Source: Somniosus microcephalus (lineage: Eukaryota). Taken from it: a stretch of DNA of 64,000 nucleotides. The notes under the pieces were generated by a model. The model made no database searches, was not told the origin of the DNA, and saw only the letters and a list, made by a program, of their open reading frames with translations. Every line of letters starts with the position of its first letter. Positions within the stretch are counted from its first letter, which is position 1. Shown here one piece after another: positions 1 through 10,720 of this stretch. The stretch covers positions 282,286,001-282,350,000 of the forward strand of contig CM126204.1 of assembly GCA_052327205.1 (NCBI GenBank), given 5' to 3'. Both the position numbers and the translations under genes were made by a program.

Positions 1-269
1 CCATACAGTTTGGTTTCCATAGAAGCCTGTAGTCTCCACAACCCAGCGCCTAACTGCCTCTTGAATGATTCCAGTGTTTACAAACCTTTCCCTGCAAATA
101 TTGAGATTCCAGAAACCTCCTTATCCTAACTTCTAAAACAGCTTTAGCTGCCCAAATGAAAGCACTGCTTTAATTACAGAAAACATTTTTCTTATTTATA
201 TACAGCAGCAGAATATGTTAGCAGATCAATAAGTACAGAGGTCTGGTGACCTGCGATTCTATCATGAGC

Positions 270-520
270 CCCTTAAGCTGTGGGACCCATTTAAGAACCT
301 ATGCCTAGGCAGGTCATTCCAACAATTACTCATTCTTTGCATGAAAAAAGTTCTTCCTCATATCAGTCCTGAACTTATCTACTACCAGTTGATGCCTGTG
401 TTCCCTTGTATTGCAGTCATGGTTTAACTTAAAATAGTACTCCAGAGCTACCACTTCTAGTCTGCTTAGTTCCTTATTTACCTCTTTAAAGGTTCCCATT
501 ACAGTTTGGGCTTTCTCCCA
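270..520 (-). mobile_element. Degenerate CR1 LINE 3' fragment
   Basis: Minus strand resembles the CR1 ORF2 end (acaagggaacacaggcatcaactggtag...gaggaagaacttttttcatgcaaagaatg, TRGH..RKNFF.QR-like). Boundaries approximate. Confidence 0.55.
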
Positions 521-1139
521 ATACTTTTGTCACAGCAAATAAGGCAGTTTCCGTAAACAAATTGCATTTCTTTTAAGCTAGAACTGCACCTTTACATCTG
601 ATGTATTTGACAAAATGTACCAGGATTAACAATTACTTTTACAGTTCATATGGGATGCCCACCATATTCTTCCGATTCCTTTCAAAAAGCTTTAAATACT
701 GTGTTATCACAATGAAAGCAATTGGCTAAAATTAATTTTTTTTTTTACAAACAGAATACACAGAAGCAGAAAGTTACTTCAAGTACAATACTGAATATAA
801 AAATAGAATCAATTCAGACAGGGCTAAAACATCCTTTTTAGAATGCATTTCCTGCAAAGCTTCATCAGCATTAAGACTCCTAAATGAAACAGTCTTTCAT
901 ATACCTTCACAAAATGAAGATGTCCGTGGATGATGTAAATGATCAATCATGGAGCTCAGGTCTCTAGATAGAACTGAAACGGAGTAACCAGAGCTGTCAT
1001 GGGAAGTCTTTCGTGTCGCAACCCATTCTTTGAAGATCAAACAGTAATCCAGGAGATGACCAGGAACCACATTTTGTAATGTGAAGTATTAATGTCAGAA
1101 CATTATTGTCTTCCTCCCAAACATTTGTCTTAAGGGTTT

Positions 1140-1500
1140 AGCCATGAGAGATTGGTCTTGTCTATTCTGCTCATCTGTTGATCCATAACATTTCAAAGAG
1201 ACTACCCTAATGACCTTCGGCTCCCCTTTTTTGTCACAGTACCCGGTCATTTGCCTTTTAAAGTTGAAGAGTGAGTTCTTCCAATCTTTCCTACAACTCA
1301 GTTCTCTGATATTAGGATCATCCTTGTGGTTCTGTTCTGCACCATTTCCAGGGCTTGGAAGTTCTCTTTGCACCTTGGTGATCAGAACTGAACTTAGTAC
1401 AGCCTCAAATGTGCAGCCTGACCAGAAAATTACAAAGTTACAACTTCACCATCTCAGACTTGTATTCTACTGACTGGCAATATGGGTCAGAATTCATTGA
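1140..1500 (-). mobile_element. Degenerate CR1 LINE ORF2 C-terminal fragment
   Basis: Minus strand ctggtcaggctgcacatttgag...gttcagttctgatcacc...gccctggaaatggtgcagaacagaaccacaaggatgatcc reads as frameshifted LVRPHLEYCVQFWSP...ALEMVQ.RATRMIP of CR1. Confidence 0.6.
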
Positions 1501-2489
1501 AAATACAACAGAAGCTGATAATACCATATGCTGTTCTGGATGGGTCTGTTTCTTCTCTTCTCTCTCAAGTCTGTCCTCCACCCCCAGTTTTGGCAGCCAG
1601 GAAGCCCCCAAAAAATGAACACTGGCCAGATACAGAAATATAAACTCCAATATGAAAGCCAATATATACATAATCAAAATGTGGTGCCCCTCTGGTATGT
1701 GTCACACAAATCACACAACCACAAAACTTGTCAGAATCAAAGAGTCCAATGATGCAACATGTACAATTTTATGGAATAGTAATTGTTTCTGCATTATTAA
1801 CACATCATATTTTTTTGCCTTGGTGCAGTGGTATTCATAATACAACCCAGGGCCACTTGCAGACTGTCTGCTCTTCAGCAGAAGCTTTGGCAGTCTTGCT
1901 TCTCCATTCACTGACTGATTAGCTGTAGATGTTAATGGTATTGGAATTCAGTAGACTTCCTTTTCTTGCTCATTAACATAAAGCAAGGGCATGCTATCGA
2001 GAGACAGGATTATCCCAGTTTCTGTGCAGGAAGGACGACCTTATTAAAATACTATTAAATAGAATTATTGATCCTTAAGTGTCCTCCCTCTTTCATGCGT
2101 GAATGTACCTGACGTCTACTTGGAAATTAGATACTCTAGCAAGGTTGATATCAAAAGTTTCATTGGGCGATCACAGGAACAGACCCACATACCATCACTC
2201 CATGGTGCAGCTTTCCTGCAGTATAGACTATCTACAGGCTGCACTACACCATCTCACTCTCAACAAAACATTAGCAGTAACACTGCCTGAACAGTACCCC
2301 TGGTGCATATATAGCTACTTTGTGCTGTTTATAATGACTATTACACAGCATCAGAAAAACCATACTGTAAACAAAACATGTTATCTCATGTGGCGAACTG
2401 AATAAATCTGACATTTTAATATTAGTGATCTTTATCAAAATGTTAACTAATCCTTTTGTGTGTCGCTATTAATATATATTGGCAAGTAT

Positions 2490-3502
2490 ATCAAACCTTC
2501 AAATCTGCCGTCAATACTCCTCTCCTTAAAAAACCCACCCTTGACCCCTCTGTCCTTGCAAACTATCGCCCCATCTCCAACCTCCCTTTCCTCTCCAAAT
2601 TCCTTGAACGTGTTGTCACCTCCCAAATCTGTGCCCATTTTTCCCACAATTCCATGTGTGAATCCCTCCAATCAGGCTTCCAGCCCAGCCACAGTACTGA
2701 AACGGCCCTTATCAAAGTCACAAATGACATTCGTTGTGACTGTGATAAACTATCCCTCCTCATCCTTCATGACCCAGCTACAGCCTTCGACAAAGGTGAC
2801 CACAATACCCTCCTCCAATGCCTCTCCTCCGTCGTCCAGCTGGGTGGAACTGCCCTTGCTTGGTTTCATTCTTATCTAGCAAATCTCAGCCAGAGAATCA
2901 CCTGTAATGGCTTCTCATCCCACTCCTGCACCTTTACCTCTGGAGCCGCTCAAGGATCTATCCTTTTCCCGCTCCTATTTTTCATCTACATGCTACCCCT
3001 CGCCGAGATCATCCGAAAACACATCAGTTTCCACAAATACGCCAACGACACCCAGCTCTGTCTCACCACCACCTCTCTGGACATCTCTAACAGAAATTTC
3101 CTCCAACTAAATATTGGGAAGACTGAAGCCATTGTCTTTGGTCCCTGCCACAAACTCCATTCCCTGAGCACCGTTTCCATCCCTGGCCACTGTCTGAAGC
3201 TGAGTCAAACCGTTCACAACCTTGGTGATATGCTTGTCCCAGAGATGAGCTTCCGGCCACATATCCGCTCCATCACTAAGACTGCCTACTTCCAGCTCCA
3301 TAACATCGCCCGACTCCGATCCTGCCTCAGCTCATCTGCTGCTTAAACCCTCATCCATGCCCTTGTTACCTCCAGACTTGACTGTTCCGATGATCTCTTG
3401 GACGGCCTCCCATCTTCCACCCTGCATAAACCTGTGCTCATCCAAAAGTCTGCTGCCTGTATTTTAACTTGTTCCAAGTCTCATTCGCCCATCGCCCCGT
3501 GC
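2490..3502 (+). mobile_element. L2-clade LINE reverse transcriptase fragment
   Basis: ORF 2456-3346: LKKPTLDPSVLANYRPISNLPFLSKFLERVV, QSGFQPSHSTETAL, GAAQGSIL.PLLF, YANDTQL (decayed YADD). Truncated at both ends. Confidence 0.9.
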
Positions 3503-3519
3503 ATACCTTCAAATAATAC

Positions 3520-3980
3520 TCTGGGTTCACCTCATCTATACAAATTAATTCTTTATTATACTTCTACAAAATTCCTCCCATTACCTTTCTTTCTAGTGAA
3601 CTTAAGCTTCTCTAATCTTTCTTCATGGCTCATCCCATTTACACTTGTGATCATTCTGTTGCTCCTCTCTAAACCATCTTCAATGCATGCATGTATTTTG
3701 AAATAGGTTAACAAACTGTACAATACTCCAATTGAGATCTGACCAGAGCATTATAAAACCACAGCATAACTTCTAGATTTATACTCCACTAGTATGGTTA
3801 TGTTGGTTATGCATCCCAACATTCAATTTATGCTTTTCATTATTTCTCCACAGTCTCAATAGTGAAAGTGACAAGTCTATTGTCACTTCTATGTCCCTTT
3901 CTAAGTCTCTATGTGCCAATTCCATTTCCTTTATTACTTATGTCATTTTTGGCAAACATGTAATGATTTACGTGTCAGTA
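3520..3980 (-). mobile_element. Old CR1 LINE fragment
   Basis: aaactgtacaatactccaattgagatctgaccagagcattata is the reverse of the CR1 LYNALVRSQLEYCVQF motif; highly decayed. Confidence 0.55.
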
Positions 3981-4072
3981 TTAATCCTTAACAAGTTCTG
4001 GCGTGCTGCTCCAGTCGAACGGTGAGAAGTGGGGTGGGGCAGGAAAATGTGAACCTGAAACCACTTCACACT

Positions 4073-4249
4073 TGTAGTGTCCGTGTGTAGATAAAGACAC
4101 TGAAGACAGGAGTTGGTTCATAGGTATTTACTAAGCAAGTCTGGGGAGGGGGTTTCTAAAGGATATACACAATACACAGGCTTATATAGCCCAAGTGGCA
4201 ATTACCGGCATTACGCACACCTGGGGCTCTTAAAGGCACATACACCACA
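4073..4249 (-). repeat. Gypsy 3' LTR (177 bp)
   Basis: Reads TGTGGTGT...ACACTACA on minus; matches 8756-8933 except in a G-tract; contains TATATAA and AGTAAA on minus. Confidence 0.95.
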
Positions 4250-4250
4250 A

Positions 4251-4263
4251 TTTCTCCCCTTCT
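4251..4263 (-). other. Polypurine tract of Gypsy element
   Basis: Minus strand AGAAGGGGAGAAA, one base from the 3' LTR. Confidence 0.9.
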
Positions 4264-4515
4264 AGCTAACTAGTACATCATATTTTAAGTAATTATTAAT
4301 TACATGTTATATGCAAAATAATATACATTGCTGTATTAATTAATTATAAGTTAGTCTCTCAGGAGGCTTCCTGACTCGGTCCGGATAACGCCTCGGGGGT
4401 GTAGTAGTTTCTGGTGGTGTAGTAGGTTCTTCTGGCAAGGCTGATTCGGCTTGAAGGCCAGTGTCGGGTTCATCGGGCTCCAGTATCACCGGATCGGAGG
4501 TAGATATGGGTATCT

Positions 4516-6810
4516 CTACTTCATCGTTAGATGTATAGAGTGGTGGTGTAGGTTGTCCCTTTTCGGATGACTTGATGATTGGTCAGCATGGCGCCTTATT
4601 ATGCTGTCTCCGATGTCCACGGTATACATCAGTGGTCCTAATCGTGTGCAGATAGTTCCAGGCTGCCATTTCTCGGTACGGTAGTCCCGGGCCAAAACCG
4701 GTTGGCCTATCTGGAAGGCCCTAGTTGGCCTTTCATTCATGCCCTGAAACTGCCGGTTCTCCACGTCCCTTCGGATGTTGGGCTTGACCAAATCCAGCCG
4801 GCATCTTAGGTTTCTATTGTAGAACATCATGGCGGGAGTTTGGTTAGTAACCATATGCGTTGCATTCCTATATGCAAATAAGAAGTTATCCACCTTGTGC
4901 TGAAGTTTTATGTCTTCATTACCCATGGCCTTGATGGCCTTCTTGAAGGTCTGGACAAACCTTTCAGCCAATCCATTGGTGGCGGGATGGTATGGGGCGG
5001 ACGTGTAGTGCTTTACCCCATTGTTCTTTAAGAACTTTCTGAATTCTTCGGACACAAATTGCGGTCCATTATCAGAACATATCTGCTCCGGCAGCCCATT
5101 CCTGGCAAATATGGTCCTTAATACTGTGATGGTTTTTTCCGTGGTGGTGGAGGACATCTTTATTACCTCCGGCCACTTGGAGTGTGCATCAACTGCGATT
5201 AAGAACATTGAGTCCATAAATGGACCAGCAAAGTCGATGTGCACCCTTTGCCAGGGAGATGAGGGCCATTCCCATGGATGTAGAGGGGCCTGTGGCGGAG
5301 CATTTTGGACCTTCTGGCATCCTAGGCAGCTCTTGGTCATGTCTTCGATGTCTCCATCGATACCTGGCCACCATACAAACGCCCTAGCTAGGTTCTTCAT
5401 TTTCACTCCACCCAGATGCCCCTCGTGAAGCTCCTTTAGCACTTGATCCTGGAGTTTGGGTGGAATCACCACTCTGGATCCACACATCAAGGTTCCTCGG
5501 CACACTGACAGCTGTTCTCTTCTTTGCGAGAATGCTGGCAACAGTGGTTCGCCATGTGCTGGCCATCCCTTCACTGTTAAATCGTAGACCCGTGAGAGAG
5601 TAGGGTCATTTCTTGTCTCCCTTTCAATGGCAGAATTTGTCACCGGTAGACATTCCACTATGGTAGAGTGGAATATCTCTACTGGGTCTACTGTAGGTGC
5701 CTCTTCTATCGTTGGCAATGGTAGGCGAGATAAACCGTCAGCATTCCCATGCTGTTTTGACCCTTTGTATTCAATGTTGTATTGGTGTGCCCCTAGAAAA
5801 AGGGACCACCTCTGTAGTCTTTGTGCCGTCATAATGGGGACACCTTTTTTAGGGTTGAATATGGAGATGAGGGGTTGATGGTCAGTCAGCAAGGTAAATT
5901 TTTGTCCGTGTAGGTAATGGTTGAATTTCTTCACTCCCCATACCAGGCTGAGTGCTTCCCTGGCTATCTGGGCATAGTTACGCTCAGCTGAGTTCAACGA
6001 GCGTGATGCAAAAGCTATCGGCCGTTCCGAGCCATCAGGGAATCTATGGGACAATACCGCTCCTATGCCGTAAGGGGATGCATCGCACGCCAGTCTGATT
6101 GGTAGTGATGGGTTGTAATGAGCCAAAATTTTCTCGGATGTGATTAAGTCTTTACATTTATGGAAGGCACGTTTACAGTCTTTGTTCCATTTCCAAATCA
6201 CTCCTGTCTGTAGAAGATCATTAAGAGGGTGTAGAATAGTTGATAAGTTCGGTAAAAATTTATGACAGTAATTTATTAATCCCAGGAATGACCTTAATTG
6301 TGAAACATTTTCAGGTGCTGGGGCTTTTATAACTGCTTCAACTTTTTCAGGTGACTTATGCAACCCTTCCTTATTAATTATGTGGCCACAATATGATATC
6401 TGATTTTGGAAAAATTCGCACTTGGGGCGATTTGCTCGTAGGCCCCGTTCTTTCAGCCTAGTGAGCACCTGCTCCAAATTGGCAAGGTGCTCGTTGTCGT
6501 TTTCTCCTGTTATAAGGATGTCGTCTAGGTAGCATTGAGTCCCCGGAATCCCTTGCAGGACTTGCTCCATAGCTCTTTGCCAGATGGCTGGGGCTGATGC
6601 TATTCCAAAAACCAGTCGATTGTACTGGTACAGGCCTTTGTGTGTGTTTATTGTGAGATACTTTTTAGAGGTCTCCTCAACTTCCATCTGTAGATATGCC
6701 TGTGCCAAGTCAATTTTTGTGAAACGTTTCCCTCCGGATAGTGAGGCGAAAATATCTTCTATCCTCGGAAGAGGATACTGTACCGTGTGAAGGACCGGGT
6801 TTACAGTCAC
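4516..6810 (-). CDS. Gypsy Pol: reverse transcriptase, RNase H, integrase
   Basis: YPLPRIED, YLDDILI, CDASPYGIGAVL, LHEGHLG/C-x2-C zinc finger, HIDFAGP, SDNGPQF, NGLAERFV. True C-terminus (RRYPDRVRKPPERLTYN, stop 4340-4342) is in another frame after a 1-nt deletion near 4580. Confidence 0.95.
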   Translation of the reverse strand: MTVNPVLHTVQYPLPRIEDIFASLSGGKRFTKIDLAQAYLQMEVEETSKKYLTINTHKGLYQYNRLVFGIASAPAIWQRAMEQVLQGIPGTQCYLDDILITGENDNEHLANLEQVLTRLKERGLRANRPKCEFFQNQISYCGHIINKEGLHKSPEKVEAVIKAPAPENVSQLRSFLGLINYCHKFLPNLSTILHPLNDLLQTGVIWKWNKDCKRAFHKCKDLITSEKILAHYNPSLPIRLACDASPYGIGAVLSHRFPDGSERPIAFASRSLNSAERNYAQIAREALSLVWGVKKFNHYLHGQKFTLLTDHQPLISIFNPKKGVPIMTAQRLQRWSLFLGAHQYNIEYKGSKQHGNADGLSRLPLPTIEEAPTVDPVEIFHSTIVECLPVTNSAIERETRNDPTLSRVYDLTVKGWPAHGEPLLPAFSQRREQLSVCRGTLMCGSRVVIPPKLQDQVLKELHEGHLGGVKMKNLARAFVWWPGIDGDIEDMTKSCLGCQKVQNAPPQAPLHPWEWPSSPWQRVHIDFAGPFMDSMFLIAVDAHSKWPEVIKMSSTTTEKTITVLRTIFARNGLPEQICSDNGPQFVSEEFRKFLKNNGVKHYTSAPYHPATNGLAERFVQTFKKAIKAMGNEDIKLQHKVDNFLFAYRNATHMVTNQTPAMMFYNRNLRCRLDLVKPNIRRDVENRQFQGMNERPTRAFQIGQPVLARDYRTEKWQPGTICTRLGPLMYTVDIGDSIIRRHADQSSSHPKRDNLHHHSIHLTMK

Positions 6811-6847
6811 CTTAAAGTCCCCACAGATGCAAATTTTTTTCTGTTCC

Positions 6848-7760
6848 TCAGTTATTTTTCAATGTTTTTTTCATGACTGGAACGATGGGTGTTGCCCATT
6901 CGCTCCAATCTATTTTGGATAATACGCCTGCCTTTTCCAAATTCTTCAGCTCCGCCTCGACTGCCGGACGTATTGCGTATGGCACCGGTCTTGCCTTAAA
7001 AAATTTTGGAATTGCTGTATCTTCCACTTTTATTGAGGCGGTGATGCCTTTCAAGGTTCCTAGTTTCTCTTGAAACACTTCTTTGGCGTTGGCCAAGATG
7101 TCTTTTAATCATTCAGGTATGATGTCATCATTATTTTTTTCCTTACTGGTCACCGTCAGTGCCTGAATGGAGTGCCAGTCTAAACGTATCTTCCTTATCC
7201 ATTCACGTCCCAACAACGGTGGACCACCATCTTGTAGAATGTATAAATACAACTTTTGTATTTCTTTGCCGTTGTATACCACAGGCACCCTTATTTTTCC
7301 TTTGGGGTAGACTTTCTGCCCCGTATATGTTTTTAAGATAATGGATGTGTCTTTTAGAGGTATATGCGAAAATAGCCTCTCGTAATCTCGTCGATTTATT
7401 ACGGTTAGAGCTGATCCTGTATCTAGCTCCATTTTAACTGGGGACCCTGCTATTGTGAGGGTAACCCAAATGGTTTGGTAATCCTCTTTGGCAAGGACAT
7501 TATGTAATTTGAGACAGCTTAGTCTCTTGTTTCCAGAGTCGCTATCGCTATTCGGGTCTTCGGAGCTATTGTCAGTCATCATTTGTACCTTCCTGTACTT
7601 TTCTTTATTGATTTTTTGTTTTCTGTCAGTGGATTTATTTTGTCCAGATTGGCATACCCGTGCAATGTGTCCAATCTTACCACATTGCCTGCATGCTTTG
7701 CCCTTGAACCAGCAGTCCCTCTGGTTATGGGTGGATCTGCCGCAGCAATAACATCTTCCG
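6848..7760 (-). pseudogene. Gypsy zinc knuckles, aspartic protease and RT N-terminal linker (disrupted)
   Basis: CYCCGRSTHNQRDC and CRQCGKIGHIARVC knuckles in frame with ELDTGSALT protease. In-frame TGA at 7109-7111, then PKFFKARPVPYA..SEWATPIVPV, and a frameshift in an A-run near 6855. Confidence 0.9.
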
Positions 7761-8321
7761 AACTCCTGTCATTTTATGGGTGCCGAAGTCCTGTGTCTCT
7801 TGTTGTATCTCTGCAGCTCCTTTTGCTGCTGCTTCGTATGATACAGTCATACTGAAAGCTTTGTCCAATGTTAAATCTTTTTCAGAAAGCAGTCTTTTTT
7901 GTGTTCCTTCACTTAAGAGACCGCAAACAAATTTGTCTCGAAGATAATCCGATAGTCCTGCTCCGAATTGGCAGTACTTTGATAGCTTTCTTAATTCGGT
8001 TAGGTAATCAGCGTTACTTTCATTCTTGTGTTGATTTCTCTTGAAGAACTTGAATCGTTCCGCTATCAGCAGCGGTGTTGGGTTTAAATGCTCCTGCAGG
8101 GTATCAACAATTTCTTTAAAAGTCTTGTCCTTTGGTTTGGCTGGAGTGATTAAATTTCGTAACAGCCCGTATGTCTTCGCGCCCATTAAGTTCAGAAGTA
8201 CTGAAGCTTTTTTTTCATCTGTTATTCCATTTGCAGTGCAATAAACCTCTACTCTTTCCACGTATGTGGTCCAATCTTCTATTTCGCCATCAAAAGCCTC
8301 AATATTACCAGATTTAGGCAT
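7725..8321 (-). CDS. Gypsy Gag (capsid part, frameshifted from the nucleocapsid near 7760)
   Basis: ATG 8321 MPKSGNIEAFDGEIEDWTTYVER...AERFKFFKRNQ...LRDKFVCGL, typical Mag-clade Gag. Confidence 0.88.
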   Translation of the reverse strand: MPKSGNIEAFDGEIEDWTTYVERVEVYCTANGITDEKKASVLLNLMGAKTYGLLRNLITPAKPKDKTFKEIVDTLQEHLNPTPLLIAERFKFFKRNQHKNESNADYLTELRKLSKYCQFGAGLSDYLRDKFVCGLLSEGTQKRLLSEKDLTLDKAFSMTVSYEAAAKGAAEIQQETQDFGTHKMTGVRKMLLLRQIHP

Positions 8322-8740
8322 TTCAGAAAAGATATGGCGCTTCCCGCGCTTTTTTTTTCTGTCTGTAGCAACGATATGGCGCTTCCCGCGCTTTCCCGCC
8401 GCTGCTACCGATAACAACGCTGTTTTACTGTGGTTTCCGTTTATTCACTGTTGGAGACTCGTTCCCGACGGAGGTCTAAACGCTGACCTGCTTGCCGCGC
8501 CGGCCGTCTCTCGAGTGCACCCTCCCAGTCCGTTATTGCTTGCCTCCGATTTCGCTGCCTGTCTCAGCTGTAGAGCCCGCCGCTGGAGCTCCAGCCTGAT
8601 GCCCAGGAAGGATTAGCGCAGTACCTGTCACCAGCTTGGCCAGCTGGTGAAACCACAGTTTCTCTTACTTCCTTGAGTCTTCTGGACGCTGGAGGAATCG
8701 ATGTCCTTGAGGTGCTGCCGAATTGCAGGTAAGTCCGTTT

Positions 8741-8754
8741 CCACTTCGTCGCCA
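8741..8754 (-). other. Primer-binding site (tRNA-Ser(GCT)-like)
   Basis: Minus strand TGGCGACGAAGTGG, one base inside the 5' LTR; complementary to the ...TCGTCGCCA 3' end of vertebrate tRNA-Ser(GCT). Confidence 0.8.
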
Positions 8755-8755
8755 C

Positions 8756-8960
8756 TGTAGTGTCCGTGTGTAGATAAAGACACTGAAGACAGGAGTTGGT
8801 TCATAGGTATTTACTAAGCAAGTCTGGGGGGGGGGGTTTCTAAAGGATATACACAATACACAGGCTTATATAGCCCAAGTGGCAATTACCGGCATTACGC
8901 ACACCTGGGGCTCTTAAAGGCACATACACCACAATTGCTCTTAAAGGCACATACACCACA
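8756..8960 (-). repeat. Gypsy 5' LTR (8756-8933) plus duplicated 24-bp terminus (8937-8960)
   Basis: LTR copy, then ATT and a second GCTCTTAAAGGCACATACACCACA, then the TSD ACACT. Confidence 0.93.
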
Positions 8961-9273
8961 ACACTAACCCAAAAGGGGCAGTATAACTGCATCCTTAGTT
9001 CTATTTTGGCTGCAATTACACACCATCACTATATTTCACACAACTATCAAAGTTGCACACATTTTAAGTTTTTAAATGTTGAGGTGTATCATTCAAAATA
9101 TACTTCACATTCCTAAATTTGCCTTTTACTAGTTTGAACTTGTTCTACTCTAAAATCAATTTACTTTATTCTTCTAGATTAAGATTTTTCACGCTGTTAA
9201 CGATCTCATATATGGATAATTCGGACCCTCTGACACTGGGCCCAGCCTCATACATTTAAATGAGTTGATACCA

Positions 9274-9762
9274 TGTACCCTTTTGGTTTGGGTGTTTAAA
9301 CAAATCAACTGTAACTAATAAAACCTTAAATAAAACTTAACAAATTAAATTAACATTTGATTGGCCGGGGTGATGATGCACTCCAGTCCCCGCGGCGCCC
9401 ACCGATCGCGGAAGGCCTCAAGCATGCTGGCTGACACTGCATGCTCCATCTCCAGGGCCACCCGGGCGCGAACATGAGAGGCAGGCAATCGGGCCGAACG
9501 ACCCCCTCAACCGCCCGCTACCTGGACCAGTTAATGGCTATTTTGGCCAGGCCCAGGAACAGTCCAATGAGGAGGCCCTCCGATCTGCCCGCTCCCCTCC
9601 TCACTGGGTGACCAAAGATCAGGAGCGTGGGACTGAAGTGCAGCCAAAAATCAAGCAGCAGCCCCTTCAAATAATGGAAGAGGGGCTGCAACCTCTCACA
9701 TTCTATATAGACATGGCACACGGACTCCTCCAGGCCGCAGAAAAAGCAGGTGGCCTGGGAAT
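9274..9762 (-). mobile_element. 5'-truncated Tx1/L1-like LINE 3' end
   Basis: ORF 9518-9772 CFFCGLEESVCHVYIEC (C-terminal zinc finger)...LGLAKIAI; flanked by direct repeat TTGATACCA (9265-9273, 9763-9771). Confidence 0.8.
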
Positions 9763-9869
9763 TTGATACCACATATCACTCTTCTCCAACACGACCACCT
9801 TCCCACATGTGGCCTAGGTCACTCTGGTCCAGTCTTCTTTGAAGAATCTATTGCAGGTGTGTGGTACCT

Positions 9870-10720
9870 AGCGCACGTGACCACGCTCGGTCAATCAGCG
9901 CCAACTACCGTATCTGCTCCGCCTATCTGCCTGCAGCCAAAAATCACGTGCCTGCCCCCACGCGCGGCCGCGTGTCGGTTGCCAGCAGAGCTATCACGCG
10001 CCGTGCGCGCGGCCGCCAGCCCGGGGTTCACGCGATCTGCGCGCAAGGGTGCTGGGTCAGAGGAGAAGCTCCGCCCACATCTCCATCAGTCGATGGCGAC
10101 TCCCGTTTTTTGCGCCGCGCACGCGCAGTGGCTCTAGTGCCACGCGTCTCCTGTGCGCATGCGCATTGTCTCGGCAGTGCCAGCGGCTCGGAGCGAGTCG
10201 GCCTCAATGCAGCCTGGGATCTTGCGCCAGCCGGCCTCCTCCTCCTGAGGGCTTGTTTATTGTGTTGGAGGTATGGCTGGCTGGGCAGGATTTTCTGACG
10301 AGGAGCTGACGCGAATAAAGCAGCTGAAAGGTAAAATTAAGAATTGTGTAAGGTGTCGATGGCAGGTGGGGGTGGGGGTGTTGGTGTTGGTGAAACGGAC
10401 CTTTCTAATGTCGGTGTCCGAGGTGCGGAGTCTGCAATGTTTTGTTACAGTACTGAGCCTCGCTATATATGTGTCTGACTGGGCCCTGTACTGCTGCAGA
10501 TTTGCTGGTAGTGCTTTCGGGGCGGTGTTACCGGCTTGTATTGCTGCCCTTGTACTGCACCTCAGCAAGCAAAGCAAAACTGTAAATATGCACAGGTGCG
10601 CAAAGGTCTGATGGTCCAGCCTCAAGGTGAATTGCTGCAAAGAGAGGGCTGACCCGAATTGATATTGCCGCCGGTGCGGAAGCATAGTGGTAACGTTATT
10701 GAACCAGCGATCCGCAGGCC
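9870..10720 (+). promoter_or_regulatory. GORAB CpG-island promoter
   Basis: Dense CpG/GC region around the start codon; perfect NRF1 palindrome TGCGCATGCGCA 10154-10165, CACGTG E-boxes 9874 and 9945, YY1-like GATGGCG ~10092. Confidence 0.85.
10273..10330 (+). CDS. GORAB: GORAB (golgin, RAB6-interacting; SCYL1BP1) coding exon 1
   Basis: MAGWAGFSDEELTRIKQLK matches the GORAB N-terminus (GWAGFSEEELRRLKQ); donor AG|GTAAAA, phase 1. Confidence 0.95.

Larger units (their letters stand above)
4073..8960 (-). mobile_element. Full-length Ty3/Gypsy LTR retrotransposon (Mag-like clade), recent insertion
   Basis: Two near-identical TG..CA LTRs, 5-bp TSD ACACT (4068-4072 and 8961-8965), PBS, PPT, domain order gag-2xCCHC-PR-RT-RH-IN. 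Four visible coding lesions. Confidence 0.97.

Noticed and set aside
1095-1677. Minus-strand ORFs, one with a signal-peptide-like start (MYILAFILEFIFLYL)
   Set aside because: They overlap a decayed CR1 fragment; no splice structure or recognisable protein.
4250-4515. Room for an env or extra ORF in the Gypsy element
   Set aside because: The segment is the frameshifted integrase C-terminus plus a short AT-rich 3' UTR.
9763-10685. Several 86-145 aa ORFs around GORAB exon 1
   Set aside because: Stop-poor GC-rich promoter sequence; only 10273-10330 matches a protein.
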